Shown here one piece after another: positions 17,858-27,564 of a stretch of 64,000 nucleotides of DNA. The notes beneath the pieces were generated by a model. It ran no database searches. It saw only the letters and a list, made by a program, of their open reading frames with translations, and was not told where the DNA came from. This stretch comes from Lachnospiraceae bacterium (lineage in GTDB: Bacteria > Bacillota > Clostridia > Lachnospirales > Lachnospiraceae), in assembly GCA_029012365.1 (NCBI GenBank), contig JAQXLY010000063.1:5139-69138 (forward strand), given 5' to 3'. A program made the position numbers and the translations under genes. How positions within the stretch are numbered: the first letter of the stretch is position 1; every line of letters starts with the position of its first letter.

Positions 17858-19687
17858 TTATTCGATTTCGGTTTCTTCGTTTAAATCTACCTTAAAGAAA
17901 TCCTCTATGTATTGTGTCATATATACCGGACGCTGCTTTGCAAAGGAGCGGATGCGTTCAATGTGCTGTGCGGTACGCTCCGGATTTGAATAGATTTCTT
18001 CTGTGTCTTTTAACGTAGTTAAGTATGCAAAATAGTATGTCAACTCCGTATCGCGTTCCGCACACATCTCATCTAACACATGGCACACATTATCGTAGGA
18101 AAGGGCGCCGTTCATATACTCGAGCAGTTTAGAAATAAAGTATTGTTTGCAGTCCTCACGCTTCAGCAGTGCGGCAAGAAGCGGGGCATAGCGACTGCTG
18201 TTCGGAGAACCGAGAACCTGTTCCAAATCATTCCGGATAGCGCCGGAATCCGGTGTTGACTGGTATGTACCGAAACCTGTGTCCGCATCATGCAGCAGGA
18301 AACGCCAGCGGCCGTCCATCTCGCCGGAACTATAGGCTTCGTCTTCTGCGGCATAATAGCGGAAGCAGCGGTAATTGCCGTTTGGCCAGTCGTAGTTTGC
18401 CACATACATATTAAATGCCATGTACTCCATGTAGTTTTCTACATCAAGCCTTTCACAAAGCTCGGCGTAGACAGCATCCACAGTTAAATCCGCATAGGCG
18501 TATTTCTTATAAAGCGCGTTATATTCCTTTGCGGCTGCTGCCTCCATGGCATCATCGGTGATGGACTTTTTTGTTTCGGTCCCTTCCAGAACTACATATT
18601 CGCCGGCACTTTTTCCGTTACGGCTCTGGAAGTATTTATCACAGTAGGATTCATGCAGCCAGTAGAACCCGTAATAGGAACCGTTAATATAGGCAACGGC
18701 GGGAACTACAGCTTCGTAAGCGGCAAAGCCTGCGGTACCTGCCAGGCGTTGTACCAGTTCGTCACGAAGAAAGGCACTCTGGAAATCATCACCGGAGTTG
18801 CGGAGTACCAGTTTGTCGTACTTTATAATCGGTTTCGAGCCGTCTATGGTCATAGAACCGAAAAGTGTGGTATTAAATGACCCCTTTCCCTTTTCATATT
18901 CTTTTCTGGCAAAAAGCTTCAGAGATTTTACGGCATGTTCTCTGGAAGAACCACCGAACACTCTGGCACCCGCAAATTGTTCAAATAAAAGGGAGCCGTC
19001 GGAGGAGATGGCTTCTATGTGAACCTTACGTTCGGAAGCACGTCCCTTTGACTTATAATTTTCCCCGTATAAAATGCCGTCTGGTCCGTCGGTCAGTTCT
19101 GCCGGATTACCGTTTATGGAAAAGACTATGGTCGTGTAACGCCCGTCAATGGCTTCGTTTAAGAAGTAGGTGTGGACATAAGTGTCCGAAACGGTGCCGT
19201 CATCATACCAGATTTTAGCACGAATCGAGTAGACGTTTGGAAAGTCTCCGGTATTTGTGACAAGCAGAATCGGCTCGGTGTAGAGGGTATCGGTTGCGGT
19301 CGGCTCCGAACCGTCTAAGGTATAGGTAATATAGCCGCTCTTTGCCGGAGAGGCAACGGACAACTCTATCCGGGTATCCTTGGAAAAGAAATACCCTGCC
19401 TCGGAAAAGCAAACCTCACCCGGCGTTCCGGTCGGAGTCGGAAGCGGAACAGGAGTGGAGGTAGGGGAAGGAGCAGATGTGGCAGGGAGAGTAACCTCCG
19501 GCATCTCATGTACGTCTGAGGAGGATGTCGGGGCGGGGGTGTGGGAAGCTGCCGACGGAGTTACAGAGCCCGGTACAGACAACGGGTTCTGAGAGGATAC
19601 AGAATTGCAGCCCGTAAGGAAAAATAAAAACGGCAAAAACAGAATAAAATAATAAGTACTTGCTTTTTTGAATAAAAATGATTTCAT
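17858..19687 (-). CDS. CotH kinase family protein; predicted lipoprotein with a P/T/S-rich linker and an Fn3-like/chitobiase C-terminal-like module
   Basis: Lipobox LTGC. GYITYTLDGSEPT module. CotH-like core (YYGFYWLHESY..., NYDWPNGNYRCFRY, LLHDADTGFG). Confidence 0.8.
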   Translation of the reverse strand: MKSFLFKKASTYYFILFLPFLFFLTGCNSVSSQNPLSVPGSVTPSAASHTPAPTSSSDVHEMPEVTLPATSAPSPTSTPVPLPTPTGTPGEVCFSEAGYFFSKDTRIELSVASPAKSGYITYTLDGSEPTATDTLYTEPILLVTNTGDFPNVYSIRAKIWYDDGTVSDTYVHTYFLNEAIDGRYTTIVFSINGNPAELTDGPDGILYGENYKSKGRASERKVHIEAISSDGSLLFEQFAGARVFGGSSREHAVKSLKLFARKEYEKGKGSFNTTLFGSMTIDGSKPIIKYDKLVLRNSGDDFQSAFLRDELVQRLAGTAGFAAYEAVVPAVAYINGSYYGFYWLHESYCDKYFQSRNGKSAGEYVVLEGTETKKSITDDAMEAAAAKEYNALYKKYAYADLTVDAVYAELCERLDVENYMEYMAFNMYVANYDWPNGNYRCFRYYAAEDEAYSSGEMDGRWRFLLHDADTGFGTYQSTPDSGAIRNDLEQVLGSPNSSRYAPLLAALLKREDCKQYFISKLLEYMNGALSYDNVCHVLDEMCAERDTELTYYFAYLTTLKDTEEIYSNPERTAQHIERIRSFAKQRPVYMTQYIEDFFKVDLNEETEIE

Positions 19688-19748
19688 GACATCACGCTTT
19701 CTTTTAAGTATTTTAGATAATGCTGATATAGTTCGTGTTTTGTTAGAG

Positions 19749-21188
19749 TTACTTTTTCCATGTAGCCGGATGGAACAGTACCATCATCGGAATAATTTCC
19801 AAACGTCCAGCAAGCATATCAAACATCAGTACAAATTTTGACAAAGCGGAAAACTCTGAAAAGTTTCCGGTCGGACCGATAACATTCAGTCCCGGACCGA
19901 TGTTGTTTAATGTAGCTGCAATGGATGTAAAGCTTGTTGTCATATCAAAGCCATCCAGACAGACTAACAATAAAGAAACAATAAAAATAACAATGTAGGT
20001 CATTAATAAGGTATTGCAGGAGTGAATGACGGAATGCTCCAGTGCTTTTCCGTCCATCTTTAAAACGCGGATACGCTTCGGATGAATCTGCTGCATCAGT
20101 TCCTTACGAACCTGCTTGATATAAATCATGATACGGGATACCTTGATTCCGCCGCCGGTAGAGCCGGCGCAGGCTCCGATAAACATCAGACACACCAGAA
20201 GGGCTTTGGCAAATTGCGGCCAGAGATTAAAGTCTGCGGTAGCATAGCCTGTGGTAGTCATAATAGAAGCTACCTGGAATGCCACAATACGAATGCTTTC
20301 TCCGAGAGCACCGCCTGCTGCTACGAGAGAAATGGTAATAAGTACAACCGCACCGAGAAAAATGAGGAAGTACCAGCGAACCTCTTCCATACGAAAGGCA
20401 TCCTTTATTCTGCGGACTAAAATGTAATAGTAGAACGTAAAGTTCACACCGAACAGGAACATAAATACCGTAATAACGTTTTGCAGATAAACGGAGTAAC
20501 CCGCGATACTGTCATTTTTAATACCAAAGCCCCCTGTACCCGCAGTGCCGAATGCGTGGCATACGGAGTCAAACAACGGCATGCCGCCGGCTAACAGCAG
20601 AAGGATTTCCACAACGGTCATTGCCAGATAAATCGCATAGAGCAGGAATGCGGTCCGCTGCATTTTCGGAACCAGCTTACCTACAGACGGTCCCGGACTT
20701 TCCGCTTTCATCAGATTCATGGTAGAACCTCCGGTCATCGGAAGGATGGCAAGAATAAATACAAGCACTCCCATACCGCCAATCCAGTGACTGAAGCTTC
20801 TCCAAAGGAGATTTGCGTGGGAGAGTGCTTCTACATTGTTTAAAATGCTGGAACCGGTCGTGGTAAAGCCGGAAATGATTTCAAATAATGCATCAATGTA
20901 GGATGGAATATCACCGGTAAGTACAAACGGAACGGCACCGATGACACTCATAATAATCCAGCTTAAGGCAACGGCAACAAAGCCTTCCTTTGCATAGAAG
21001 GTTGTTTTGGAGCTTTTATGCAGACGTATCAGTCCGCCCAAAAGAATGCCGGAAGCACCGAGTATCATATAAATAAGAGCATCATATTGTTCACCGAAGA
21101 AAAGACCGGTGATGGCGGGTGGCAGGAAAAAAATGCCTTCTAACTGGATAACCCAGCCGATAATTTTTAAAATAATAGAATAATTCAT
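19749..21188 (-). CDS. trkH: TrkH family potassium uptake protein
   Basis: 479-aa polytopic protein with repeated TTTG/GTGG-type selectivity loops (SGFTTTGSS, TAGTGGFG, MTTTGYA, GSTGGGIK). Confidence 0.9.
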   Translation of the reverse strand: MNYSIILKIIGWVIQLEGIFFLPPAITGLFFGEQYDALIYMILGASGILLGGLIRLHKSSKTTFYAKEGFVAVALSWIIMSVIGAVPFVLTGDIPSYIDALFEIISGFTTTGSSILNNVEALSHANLLWRSFSHWIGGMGVLVFILAILPMTGGSTMNLMKAESPGPSVGKLVPKMQRTAFLLYAIYLAMTVVEILLLLAGGMPLFDSVCHAFGTAGTGGFGIKNDSIAGYSVYLQNVITVFMFLFGVNFTFYYYILVRRIKDAFRMEEVRWYFLIFLGAVVLITISLVAAGGALGESIRIVAFQVASIMTTTGYATADFNLWPQFAKALLVCLMFIGACAGSTGGGIKVSRIMIYIKQVRKELMQQIHPKRIRVLKMDGKALEHSVIHSCNTLLMTYIVIFIVSLLLVCLDGFDMTTSFTSIAATLNNIGPGLNVIGPTGNFSEFSALSKFVLMFDMLAGRLEIIPMMVLFHPATWKK

Positions 21189-21199
21189 GGCAGCTGCTC

Positions 21200-22573
21200 C
21201 TATTTTAAAGGGTCGTCCATAATATCGGAAATGTCCTGTAGTCCCTTGTTTGTGGTTACGACGATAACTTTATCGTTTTTGCGGATGAAGTCACGACCGG
21301 TCGGTGTGATTACTTTACCGTTTCGAACAATACAGCATATTAAAAGATTTTTCTTTAAATTCAAATTTATAAACGGTATATCCGTTACCGCACAGTCATC
21401 TTTTACCAGAAACTCCAAAGCTTCTACCTGATTATCCATCAGGCGGTAGAGAGCTTCCACGTTGCTCCCGTAAGAATTGCTCTGGGAACGTACATATTGG
21501 AGAATGTATTCGGTTGTAATGTTTTTCGGCGAAATAATACTTCCTATCGGCAGGTCATTGATGATTTCATCAAGTGCAAGGCGGTTTACCTTTGTTATCT
21601 TTTTGCAGGTTATATTCATTTTGTTTGCATAAAGAGAGAGGAAAATGTTTTCTTCATCTAATGCGGTTAAGGAAACAAAGGCATCGGTTTTTTCAAGCCC
21701 CTCCTCCAGTAAAAGCTCATGATCCGTGGCATCGGAATGGATAATGGTTGCCTTCGGAAGGGCATCGCTTAAAAAGTCGCAACGATCGCGGTTTTTTTCA
21801 ATTATTTTTACCTCGATGCCGGAACGAAGCAGTGCCTTTGCAAGATAATACGAAATCATGCCTCCGCCCGCAAGCATAACATCATGAATTTCACGAATGG
21901 CGGCAAGCCTGCTCAGACGATAGAAGCTGTTAATCTTTTCTCTGGGCAGGATAATGGATATGGTATCGCCTGCACTTAATACGGAATGTCCGTTCGGAAT
22001 GCAGACCTGATGGTCATGTACCAGAATACAAATAAGGATTTCGTGATTAAACTTGTTGGAAAAATCCTGTACCTTCATGTTGTGGAGAGGGGAATCTTCT
22101 GTAATAACCACCTGCATCAAATCTACTTTACCTTTTGCAAAGGAGTCGATTTCCATTGCATCCGGCACCTGAATCAGCTGTGCTATTTCGGTTGCGGCAG
22201 CAAACTCAGGATTTATAATCATAGAAATGTCCATGCATTCCTTTAAATAATTGATTTCCCTGAAATATTCCGGATTTCTTACTCTTGCGATGGTACGGCA
22301 ACGGCTTGCCTTTTTTGCAATCAGACAGGATATGAGATTAATTTCGTCCTGATTGGTGACAGCAATTAATAAGTCGGCCTGTCCGATACCGGCTTCCTGT
22401 AAGGTGAAAAAGCTGGAAGCATTACCTACCACACCCTGTAAATCCAGATTCGAGAGTGCCGGCTGTAAACGTTCCGCTGAATTATCGATTAATGTAAGCT
22501 CATGTCCCTCGTCATTTAACTGCTGGGCAAGAGCATAGCCAACCCTGCCGCAGCCCGCAATGATGATTTTCAT
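21200..22573 (-). CDS. trkA: Trk system potassium uptake protein TrkA (two RCK/NAD-binding repeats)
   Basis: MKIIIAGCGRVGYALA and a second MLAGGGMISYYLA Rossmann repeat. Start set at the ATG at 22573, behind GAAGGAG; the 33-codon upstream extension would overlap the SDR gene. Confidence 0.9.
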   Translation of the reverse strand: MKIIIAGCGRVGYALAQQLNDEGHELTLIDNSAERLQPALSNLDLQGVVGNASSFFTLQEAGIGQADLLIAVTNQDEINLISCLIAKKASRCRTIARVRNPEYFREINYLKECMDISMIINPEFAAATEIAQLIQVPDAMEIDSFAKGKVDLMQVVITEDSPLHNMKVQDFSNKFNHEILICILVHDHQVCIPNGHSVLSAGDTISIILPREKINSFYRLSRLAAIREIHDVMLAGGGMISYYLAKALLRSGIEVKIIEKNRDRCDFLSDALPKATIIHSDATDHELLLEEGLEKTDAFVSLTALDEENIFLSLYANKMNITCKKITKVNRLALDEIINDLPIGSIISPKNITTEYILQYVRSQSNSYGSNVEALYRLMDNQVEALEFLVKDDCAVTDIPFINLNLKKNLLICCIVRNGKVITPTGRDFIRKNDKVIVVTTNKGLQDISDIMDDPLK

Positions 22574-22640
22574 AGGAAAACTCCTTCCGTTTGCAAAATA
22601 TCTTTCCACATCAGTGTACCATGAGAATCGGAAAATGTCA

Positions 22641-23420
22641 CTAGGAATCTTGGGAGCTTTTCGGGAATACATTTTTTTTAACGTGTTCTAAACGATGCCT
22701 TTGCGGCTGCATGGTAAGCTCCGTGAGGTTGAGTCCTTCCCTTGCGGTAAGTGCAAATAATGCATATTCCGCCACCTCTTCCGGGGTAAGAGAGGCATCA
22801 TATTCCTCCGACGCTTCAAAAGAAGCATTTCGGTATAAATCCGTCCGGGTCATATCCGGAGCAAGTACCGTGACACGAACACCATACTTTCGTACTTCTT
22901 CAAACAGGCTTTTAGCAAAGCTTGACAGACCCGCCTTGGTGGCTCCGTAGGCACAACCGTGGGTATTGTTCGTTTTTGCGGCGGTTACGGAGGAAATAAA
23001 GAGCAGCTGACCGCGGTTTTTCTTTAAATCCCGTAAAAACAGATTCGCAAGTAATAACGGTGCGGTAAAGTTAACTGCGGCAAGCTCCGTAATATGTTTG
23101 ACAGAAAGCTCTTCATGAGGACCGTAAAATCCTACACCGGCGTTCAGAATCAGAATATCCGGGGAAAGCTTTCGGCTGTGTAAGGCTTTGGCAAGCCTTT
23201 CTATCTCCGAGGCATCTCGTAAATCACAGACATGAAGCTCAATCGTTTGTAATTGCTTTACCGATAAGGAGGATGATAGCTCGGTCAGTAAGGCTTCTTT
23301 ACGCACAGGTGTTTTAACGATACCGTGAATAAGGCAGCCCTTCCCCGACAGGGCAAGTAAAAGACTTTTTCCGATACCGGAGGACACCCCTGTGATTAAA
23401 ACGGTTTTATTATTCAGCAT
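22641..23420 (-). CDS. SDR family oxidoreductase
   Basis: TGVSSGIGK cofactor motif, NAGVG, and YGATKAGL (catalytic YxxxK). Overlaps the upstream radical SAM gene by 11 nt. Confidence 0.85.
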   Translation of the reverse strand: MLNNKTVLITGVSSGIGKSLLLALSGKGCLIHGIVKTPVRKEALLTELSSSLSVKQLQTIELHVCDLRDASEIERLAKALHSRKLSPDILILNAGVGFYGPHEELSVKHITELAAVNFTAPLLLANLFLRDLKKNRGQLLFISSVTAAKTNNTHGCAYGATKAGLSSFAKSLFEEVRKYGVRVTVLAPDMTRTDLYRNASFEASEEYDASLTPEEVAEYALFALTAREGLNLTELTMQPQRHRLEHVKKNVFPKSSQDS

Positions 23421-25341
23421 TACTTTCTCCTTTCACGGACTCCTCGGGAGTCCAGATAAAAATTTTATCGTCCGGTATACCGTGACGGTGCAGGGCATTC
23501 CGAACGGTGTCAAGAAGCACGTCACAACGTTCGGAACGGTAATGGCAGACACCGTCCGTTAATTCGTAAGGATAATGGGAAACGGCACAGGACGGTTTTG
23601 CCCTGCGCAGCTGTTTCAAATAATCTTTGGATATCCGGAAAACGCCGAGACTGATATCTGTAATTTCTTCCGGTGTCAGTACGGAAAACGATTCTTCTAC
23701 AAGTGTAGTATATAGTAGCTCAGCGTTCGGAACATCCAGAATCGGGTCAAAGCATAACCGTAAGGAGAAGCCTTTGTATGCTGCTTCTTTTGCGGCAGTA
23801 AGCCTTGCATGCAGGGACGGAGTGTAGTGTTCGTAGCGTGTAATAAGCTCCTGCGGCGACAAGGTAAAAGCCATTATAATATTTTTTGCCGCAGGTATTT
23901 TTTTTATGAAAGGCAGGGCGGCACTTTTGGTCCGAAGTTCAAGGCGCAGGTCAGGGTGACTCAAAGCGTACCGGCAAAATTCTTCCGCATGCGGAAATAA
24001 ACCGTTCAATGCGGTTAAGTCGGAATCGTAAGAACAACAAAGGTAAACCGGGTGTTTTTTCAGCAGCTTATCCAGCTCGGCAAAATAATCCTCCAAATTA
24101 ACAAATACAACGATGTTTCCGCCGGGATACATTCCCTGCAGATAACAATAGTCACAATCGTAAATACAGTTCATGATACAGGAGGTGTACATAAAGTGTT
24201 CCTCCCCGAAGCTCTGGCATACAGGCGCGCCGGGATAAAAATAAGACCCCCGGTTGGCTGCGAGGATAAGAGCCGGTTCGGTTTCTTCGGCGTGTAAATC
24301 CTGTCGACTCCGGTTAAATATATCTTTGTAGTGTTCCACCGGAACTACGGAAGCATTCGGAAACTGTTCCAGAATACGTTCGGTAACCGGATGACGGAAA
24401 ACCTTACGTTCTATATAAATATGCCGGAACGGATGAAGCGTTTCTTTTGCGGGCTGATGGTAGCTTTTTGTTCCGGTAGTACCTTCGGGCTGTAATACAG
24501 AATCCTCCAATGCCTGTAACAATGCCAGTGCTTCTTTCTTTTTATGCGGGGTACCGCATTTTTTCGGTAATGCCCGTAAAATGTATTCTTTTTCAAAACC
24601 GGCATAGGCGGCATAGGTGAGGAGCCCGTTCAGTTTATATTTCATAGTGGCGGAAAACGGGTATTCCGAGGTCAGCTGTTCCGCCTGTGAAGCGATTCTT
24701 GATTTTTCGTCGTTCTGCCATGTTACGTGACAGAGGAGCTGCTGTTCGGTTTTTCTCAGAAAATTTAACAGCTTCTCAAGATGTGCACGTAATAAGGCGG
24801 TAACGGTCTTCGGTGTAGGAAAGGCTCCGTCACATGTATCCGAAACGATTTTATAAAAGAAGCAGTGGGACGGCATTATTCTGCGAAAGAGCGCAGTGGC
24901 AATTCCGTATGCCTCCATATCAAAGATAACCGGAAGATTCCCTTCCTTTTCAAAAGCAGGGGGAGCATTCGTAACAGGGACATCCGAGGTAAATAGCCGT
25001 GCCTCCGGAAAAGGGTGGGTATATAGCTCCGGATACAGGGTTCTTCCTGTTGTGAGCTCTGAAACGGCGGCACAAAAAAAGCCGTCACCGACGGAGGTAG
25101 CTTCTGAACCACCGCAAATGCCGAGGTTACAGAAAACATCCTGTTCGGAAAAGGAATAGCTTGTCAGATATTCCGTGACCGCCATGGCAGCATTTAATTT
25201 GCCGGAGCCGGTGACAAGAAGGCGCAGCGGAAGCTGTTCAGACTCATAGAGAGAGAACGTTCCGTGCGCGGACTTTTTCATCGGATATTCGGAACGTATT
25301 GCGTCTGCTTCCGGTGAAATTGCGGTAATCAGGATAATCAT
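23410..25341 (-). CDS. fusion protein: N-terminal nucleoside phosphorylase / MTA-SAH nucleosidase-like domain plus a C-terminal spore-photoproduct-lyase (SPL) family radical SAM domain
   Basis: The N-terminal ~185 aa carry VTGSGKLNAAMAV and FDMEAYGIA (PNP_UDP_1-like). The C-terminal half carries CIYDCDYCYL (CX3CX2C) and SPL/COG1533-like features. Confidence 0.7.
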   Translation of the reverse strand: MIILITAISPEADAIRSEYPMKKSAHGTFSLYESEQLPLRLLVTGSGKLNAAMAVTEYLTSYSFSEQDVFCNLGICGGSEATSVGDGFFCAAVSELTTGRTLYPELYTHPFPEARLFTSDVPVTNAPPAFEKEGNLPVIFDMEAYGIATALFRRIMPSHCFFYKIVSDTCDGAFPTPKTVTALLRAHLEKLLNFLRKTEQQLLCHVTWQNDEKSRIASQAEQLTSEYPFSATMKYKLNGLLTYAAYAGFEKEYILRALPKKCGTPHKKKEALALLQALEDSVLQPEGTTGTKSYHQPAKETLHPFRHIYIERKVFRHPVTERILEQFPNASVVPVEHYKDIFNRSRQDLHAEETEPALILAANRGSYFYPGAPVCQSFGEEHFMYTSCIMNCIYDCDYCYLQGMYPGGNIVVFVNLEDYFAELDKLLKKHPVYLCCSYDSDLTALNGLFPHAEEFCRYALSHPDLRLELRTKSAALPFIKKIPAAKNIIMAFTLSPQELITRYEHYTPSLHARLTAAKEAAYKGFSLRLCFDPILDVPNAELLYTTLVEESFSVLTPEEITDISLGVFRISKDYLKQLRRAKPSCAVSHYPYELTDGVCHYRSERCDVLLDTVRNALHRHGIPDDKIFIWTPEESVKGESNAE

Positions 25342-25578
25342 AAATGCCTCCTTTAAAATAGTAGAGAAAGGACACGTAAGCTTTCGGCATCCTTATTTTC
25401 ATACGGCTCTATTATAGCCGAGACAGGAAGTGTTTACAAGAAAAAACCGATGAAATACATGGATTTTCTACTTTTTTCTAAAAACATACTTGAAAATTTT
25501 TGTAAAGTATGAGAAACTATGTAAGGATTTCAATAAAGATTGTTAAAAAATGTTCATAGAAAAGGAGATAGCAGTACG

Positions 25579-27078
25579 ATGAGTAAAAAGACAACGGTTC
25601 TGATGATTTTGGACGGTTACGGTATGGAAAGCAAGGTGGAAGGCAATGCAATCGCACAGGCAAAGAAGCCGGTCATGGACAAGCTTATGTCGATGTATCC
25701 GGTTGTTAAGGGTGAAGCAAGCGGTCTTGCTGTGGGTCTTCCGGACGGACAGATGGGAAATTCCGAGGTGGGTCACACCAATATCGGTGCCGGCAGAATT
25801 GTATATCAGATGCTTGTAAAGATTTCAAAGGCAATTAAAGACGGTGATTTCTTTGAAAATAAGGCACTTGTTGCCGCAATGGATAATTGTAAAAAGAACG
25901 GTTCCGCACTTCATCTGATGGGACTTCTGTCTCCGGGCGGTGTACACAGCCATATGGAGCATCTGTATGGTCTTGTAGAGATGGCAAAGCGTAACGGTCT
26001 GGAAAAGGTCTATGTTCATTGTTTCCTTGACGGACGTGACGTTCCGCCGTCTTCCGCAGCGGAATATATGGAAGAGGCAGCAGCGAAGTTAAAAGAAATC
26101 GGTGCAGGTAAGATTGCTACCATTGCAGGCCGTTTTTATGCAATGGACCGTGATAATGCATGGGACAGAGTAGAAAAGGCATATAATGCGCTGGTATTCG
26201 GTGATGGTGTTGAGGAAACATGTCCCGTACAGGCTGTGAAGAATTCTTATGCAAACGGGGTTACCGATGAGTTTATGCTTCCGACCGTAATCGAAAAGGA
26301 CGGTATGATTAAGGAAAATGACAGTGTAGTATTCTTCAATTTCCGTCCGGACCGTGCAAGACAGATTACGAGAGCTTTTGTGGACCCGGATTTTGCAGGC
26401 TTTACCAGAAGAAACGGCTTTTTCAATACTACGTTCGTATGTATGGCCCAGTATGATGCGGAGATGCCGAATGTTTTAGTTGCATTTCCGCCGGAAGAGC
26501 TTACCATGACATTCGGTGAGTATCTTGCTAAGAACGGCAAGACGCAGCTTCGTCTGGCTGAGACCCAGAAGTATGCGCATGTTACCTTCTTCTTTAACGG
26601 CGGTGAGGAAAAGCAGTTTGAGGGCGAGGATCGTATCCTTGTAAATTCTCCGAAGGTAGCAACCTTTGATATGCAGCCGGAAATGAGTGCTTACGAGGTT
26701 GCCGATAAGTTAGTTGAAGCAATCAATTCCGAAAAATATGATGTGATTGTTGTGAACTTTGCAAATCCGGATATGGTAGGTCATACCGGCATTATGGAGG
26801 CTGCCATAAAGGCAATCGAAGCAGTAGATGAGTGTGTCGGCAAGGCTTATGATGCACTGATGGCAAAGAACGGTCAGATGTTCATTTGTGCAGACCACGG
26901 TAATGCGGAAAAATTAATTGATGCCGACGGTACTCCGTTTACGGCACATACCACCAATCCTGTACCGTTTGTGCTTGTAAATTACGATGAGGCATATACG
27001 CTTCGTGAAGGCGGATGTCTTGCCGATATTGTTCCGACACTGATTGAGATGATGGAATGGAGCAGCCGAAGGAAATGA
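25579..27078 (+). CDS. gpmI: 2,3-bisphosphoglycerate-independent phosphoglycerate mutase, with an apparent frameshift in the last ~17 codons
   Basis: MSKKTTVLMILDGYG...GNSEVGH...DGRD...ADHGNAE. Start set at the ATG at 25579, behind AAGGAG. The conserved tail GMEQPKEMTGKSLLIKK is encoded in another frame at 27054-27107. Confidence 0.9.
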   Translation: MSKKTTVLMILDGYGMESKVEGNAIAQAKKPVMDKLMSMYPVVKGEASGLAVGLPDGQMGNSEVGHTNIGAGRIVYQMLVKISKAIKDGDFFENKALVAAMDNCKKNGSALHLMGLLSPGGVHSHMEHLYGLVEMAKRNGLEKVYVHCFLDGRDVPPSSAAEYMEEAAAKLKEIGAGKIATIAGRFYAMDRDNAWDRVEKAYNALVFGDGVEETCPVQAVKNSYANGVTDEFMLPTVIEKDGMIKENDSVVFFNFRPDRARQITRAFVDPDFAGFTRRNGFFNTTFVCMAQYDAEMPNVLVAFPPEELTMTFGEYLAKNGKTQLRLAETQKYAHVTFFFNGGEEKQFEGEDRILVNSPKVATFDMQPEMSAYEVADKLVEAINSEKYDVIVVNFANPDMVGHTGIMEAAIKAIEAVDECVGKAYDALMAKNGQMFICADHGNAEKLIDADGTPFTAHTTNPVPFVLVNYDEAYTLREGGCLADIVPTLIEMMEWSSRRK

Positions 27079-27116
27079 CCGGTAAGTCACTCCTGATTAA
27101 GAAATAAAAAAAGGTC

Positions 27117-27145
27117 TTTACAAAGAGGACAAAATATTTTATAAT
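27117..27145 (+). promoter_or_regulatory. promoter for secG
   Basis: TTTACA, 17 nt, TATAAT. Confidence 0.5.
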
Positions 27146-27200
27146 GAATGTTGCGTTATTCTTTGAAAAAAGGAAATACTCTGTATTGGAGGTGTAATAA

Positions 27201-27437
27201 GTGGAAACGTTGCGTATCATAGTAACAGCATTATATGTAGTGATTTGTATTGCATTGATAATTGTGGTGATTATGCAGGAAGGAAAATCTGCCGGTCTCG
27301 GTGCGATAAGCGGTATGGCAGATACTTACTGGGGAAAGAATAAAGGCCGTTCCATTGAGGGTAAGCTGGAACTGTCAACCAAAATTCTTGCAGCTTTATT
27401 CATTGTGATTTCAGTTGTATTAAATATGAATTGGTAA
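27201..27437 (+). CDS. secG: preprotein translocase subunit SecG
   Basis: 78 aa with two TM helices, IIVVIMQEGKSAGLGAISG motif, GTG start behind GGAGG. Confidence 0.85.
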   Translation: METLRIIVTALYVVICIALIIVVIMQEGKSAGLGAISGMADTYWGKNKGRSIEGKLELSTKILAALFIVISVVLNMNW

Positions 27438-27448
27438 TACAAACGGAG

Positions 27449-27496
27449 AATACCCGAAGAGCACTGCATCAAAAGCTGTTCTTCGGGTATTTTTTA
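27449..27496 (+). terminator. rho-independent terminator of secG
   Basis: 12-bp stem aatacccgaaga/tcttcgggtatt followed by TTTT. Confidence 0.8.
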
Positions 27497-27564
27497 CGTG
27501 CGTGGGGAAACGCAAAGCGCGGAGCCTGCACGCAAAGGAGGCGTGTGGAAAGCTGGGGTATATT

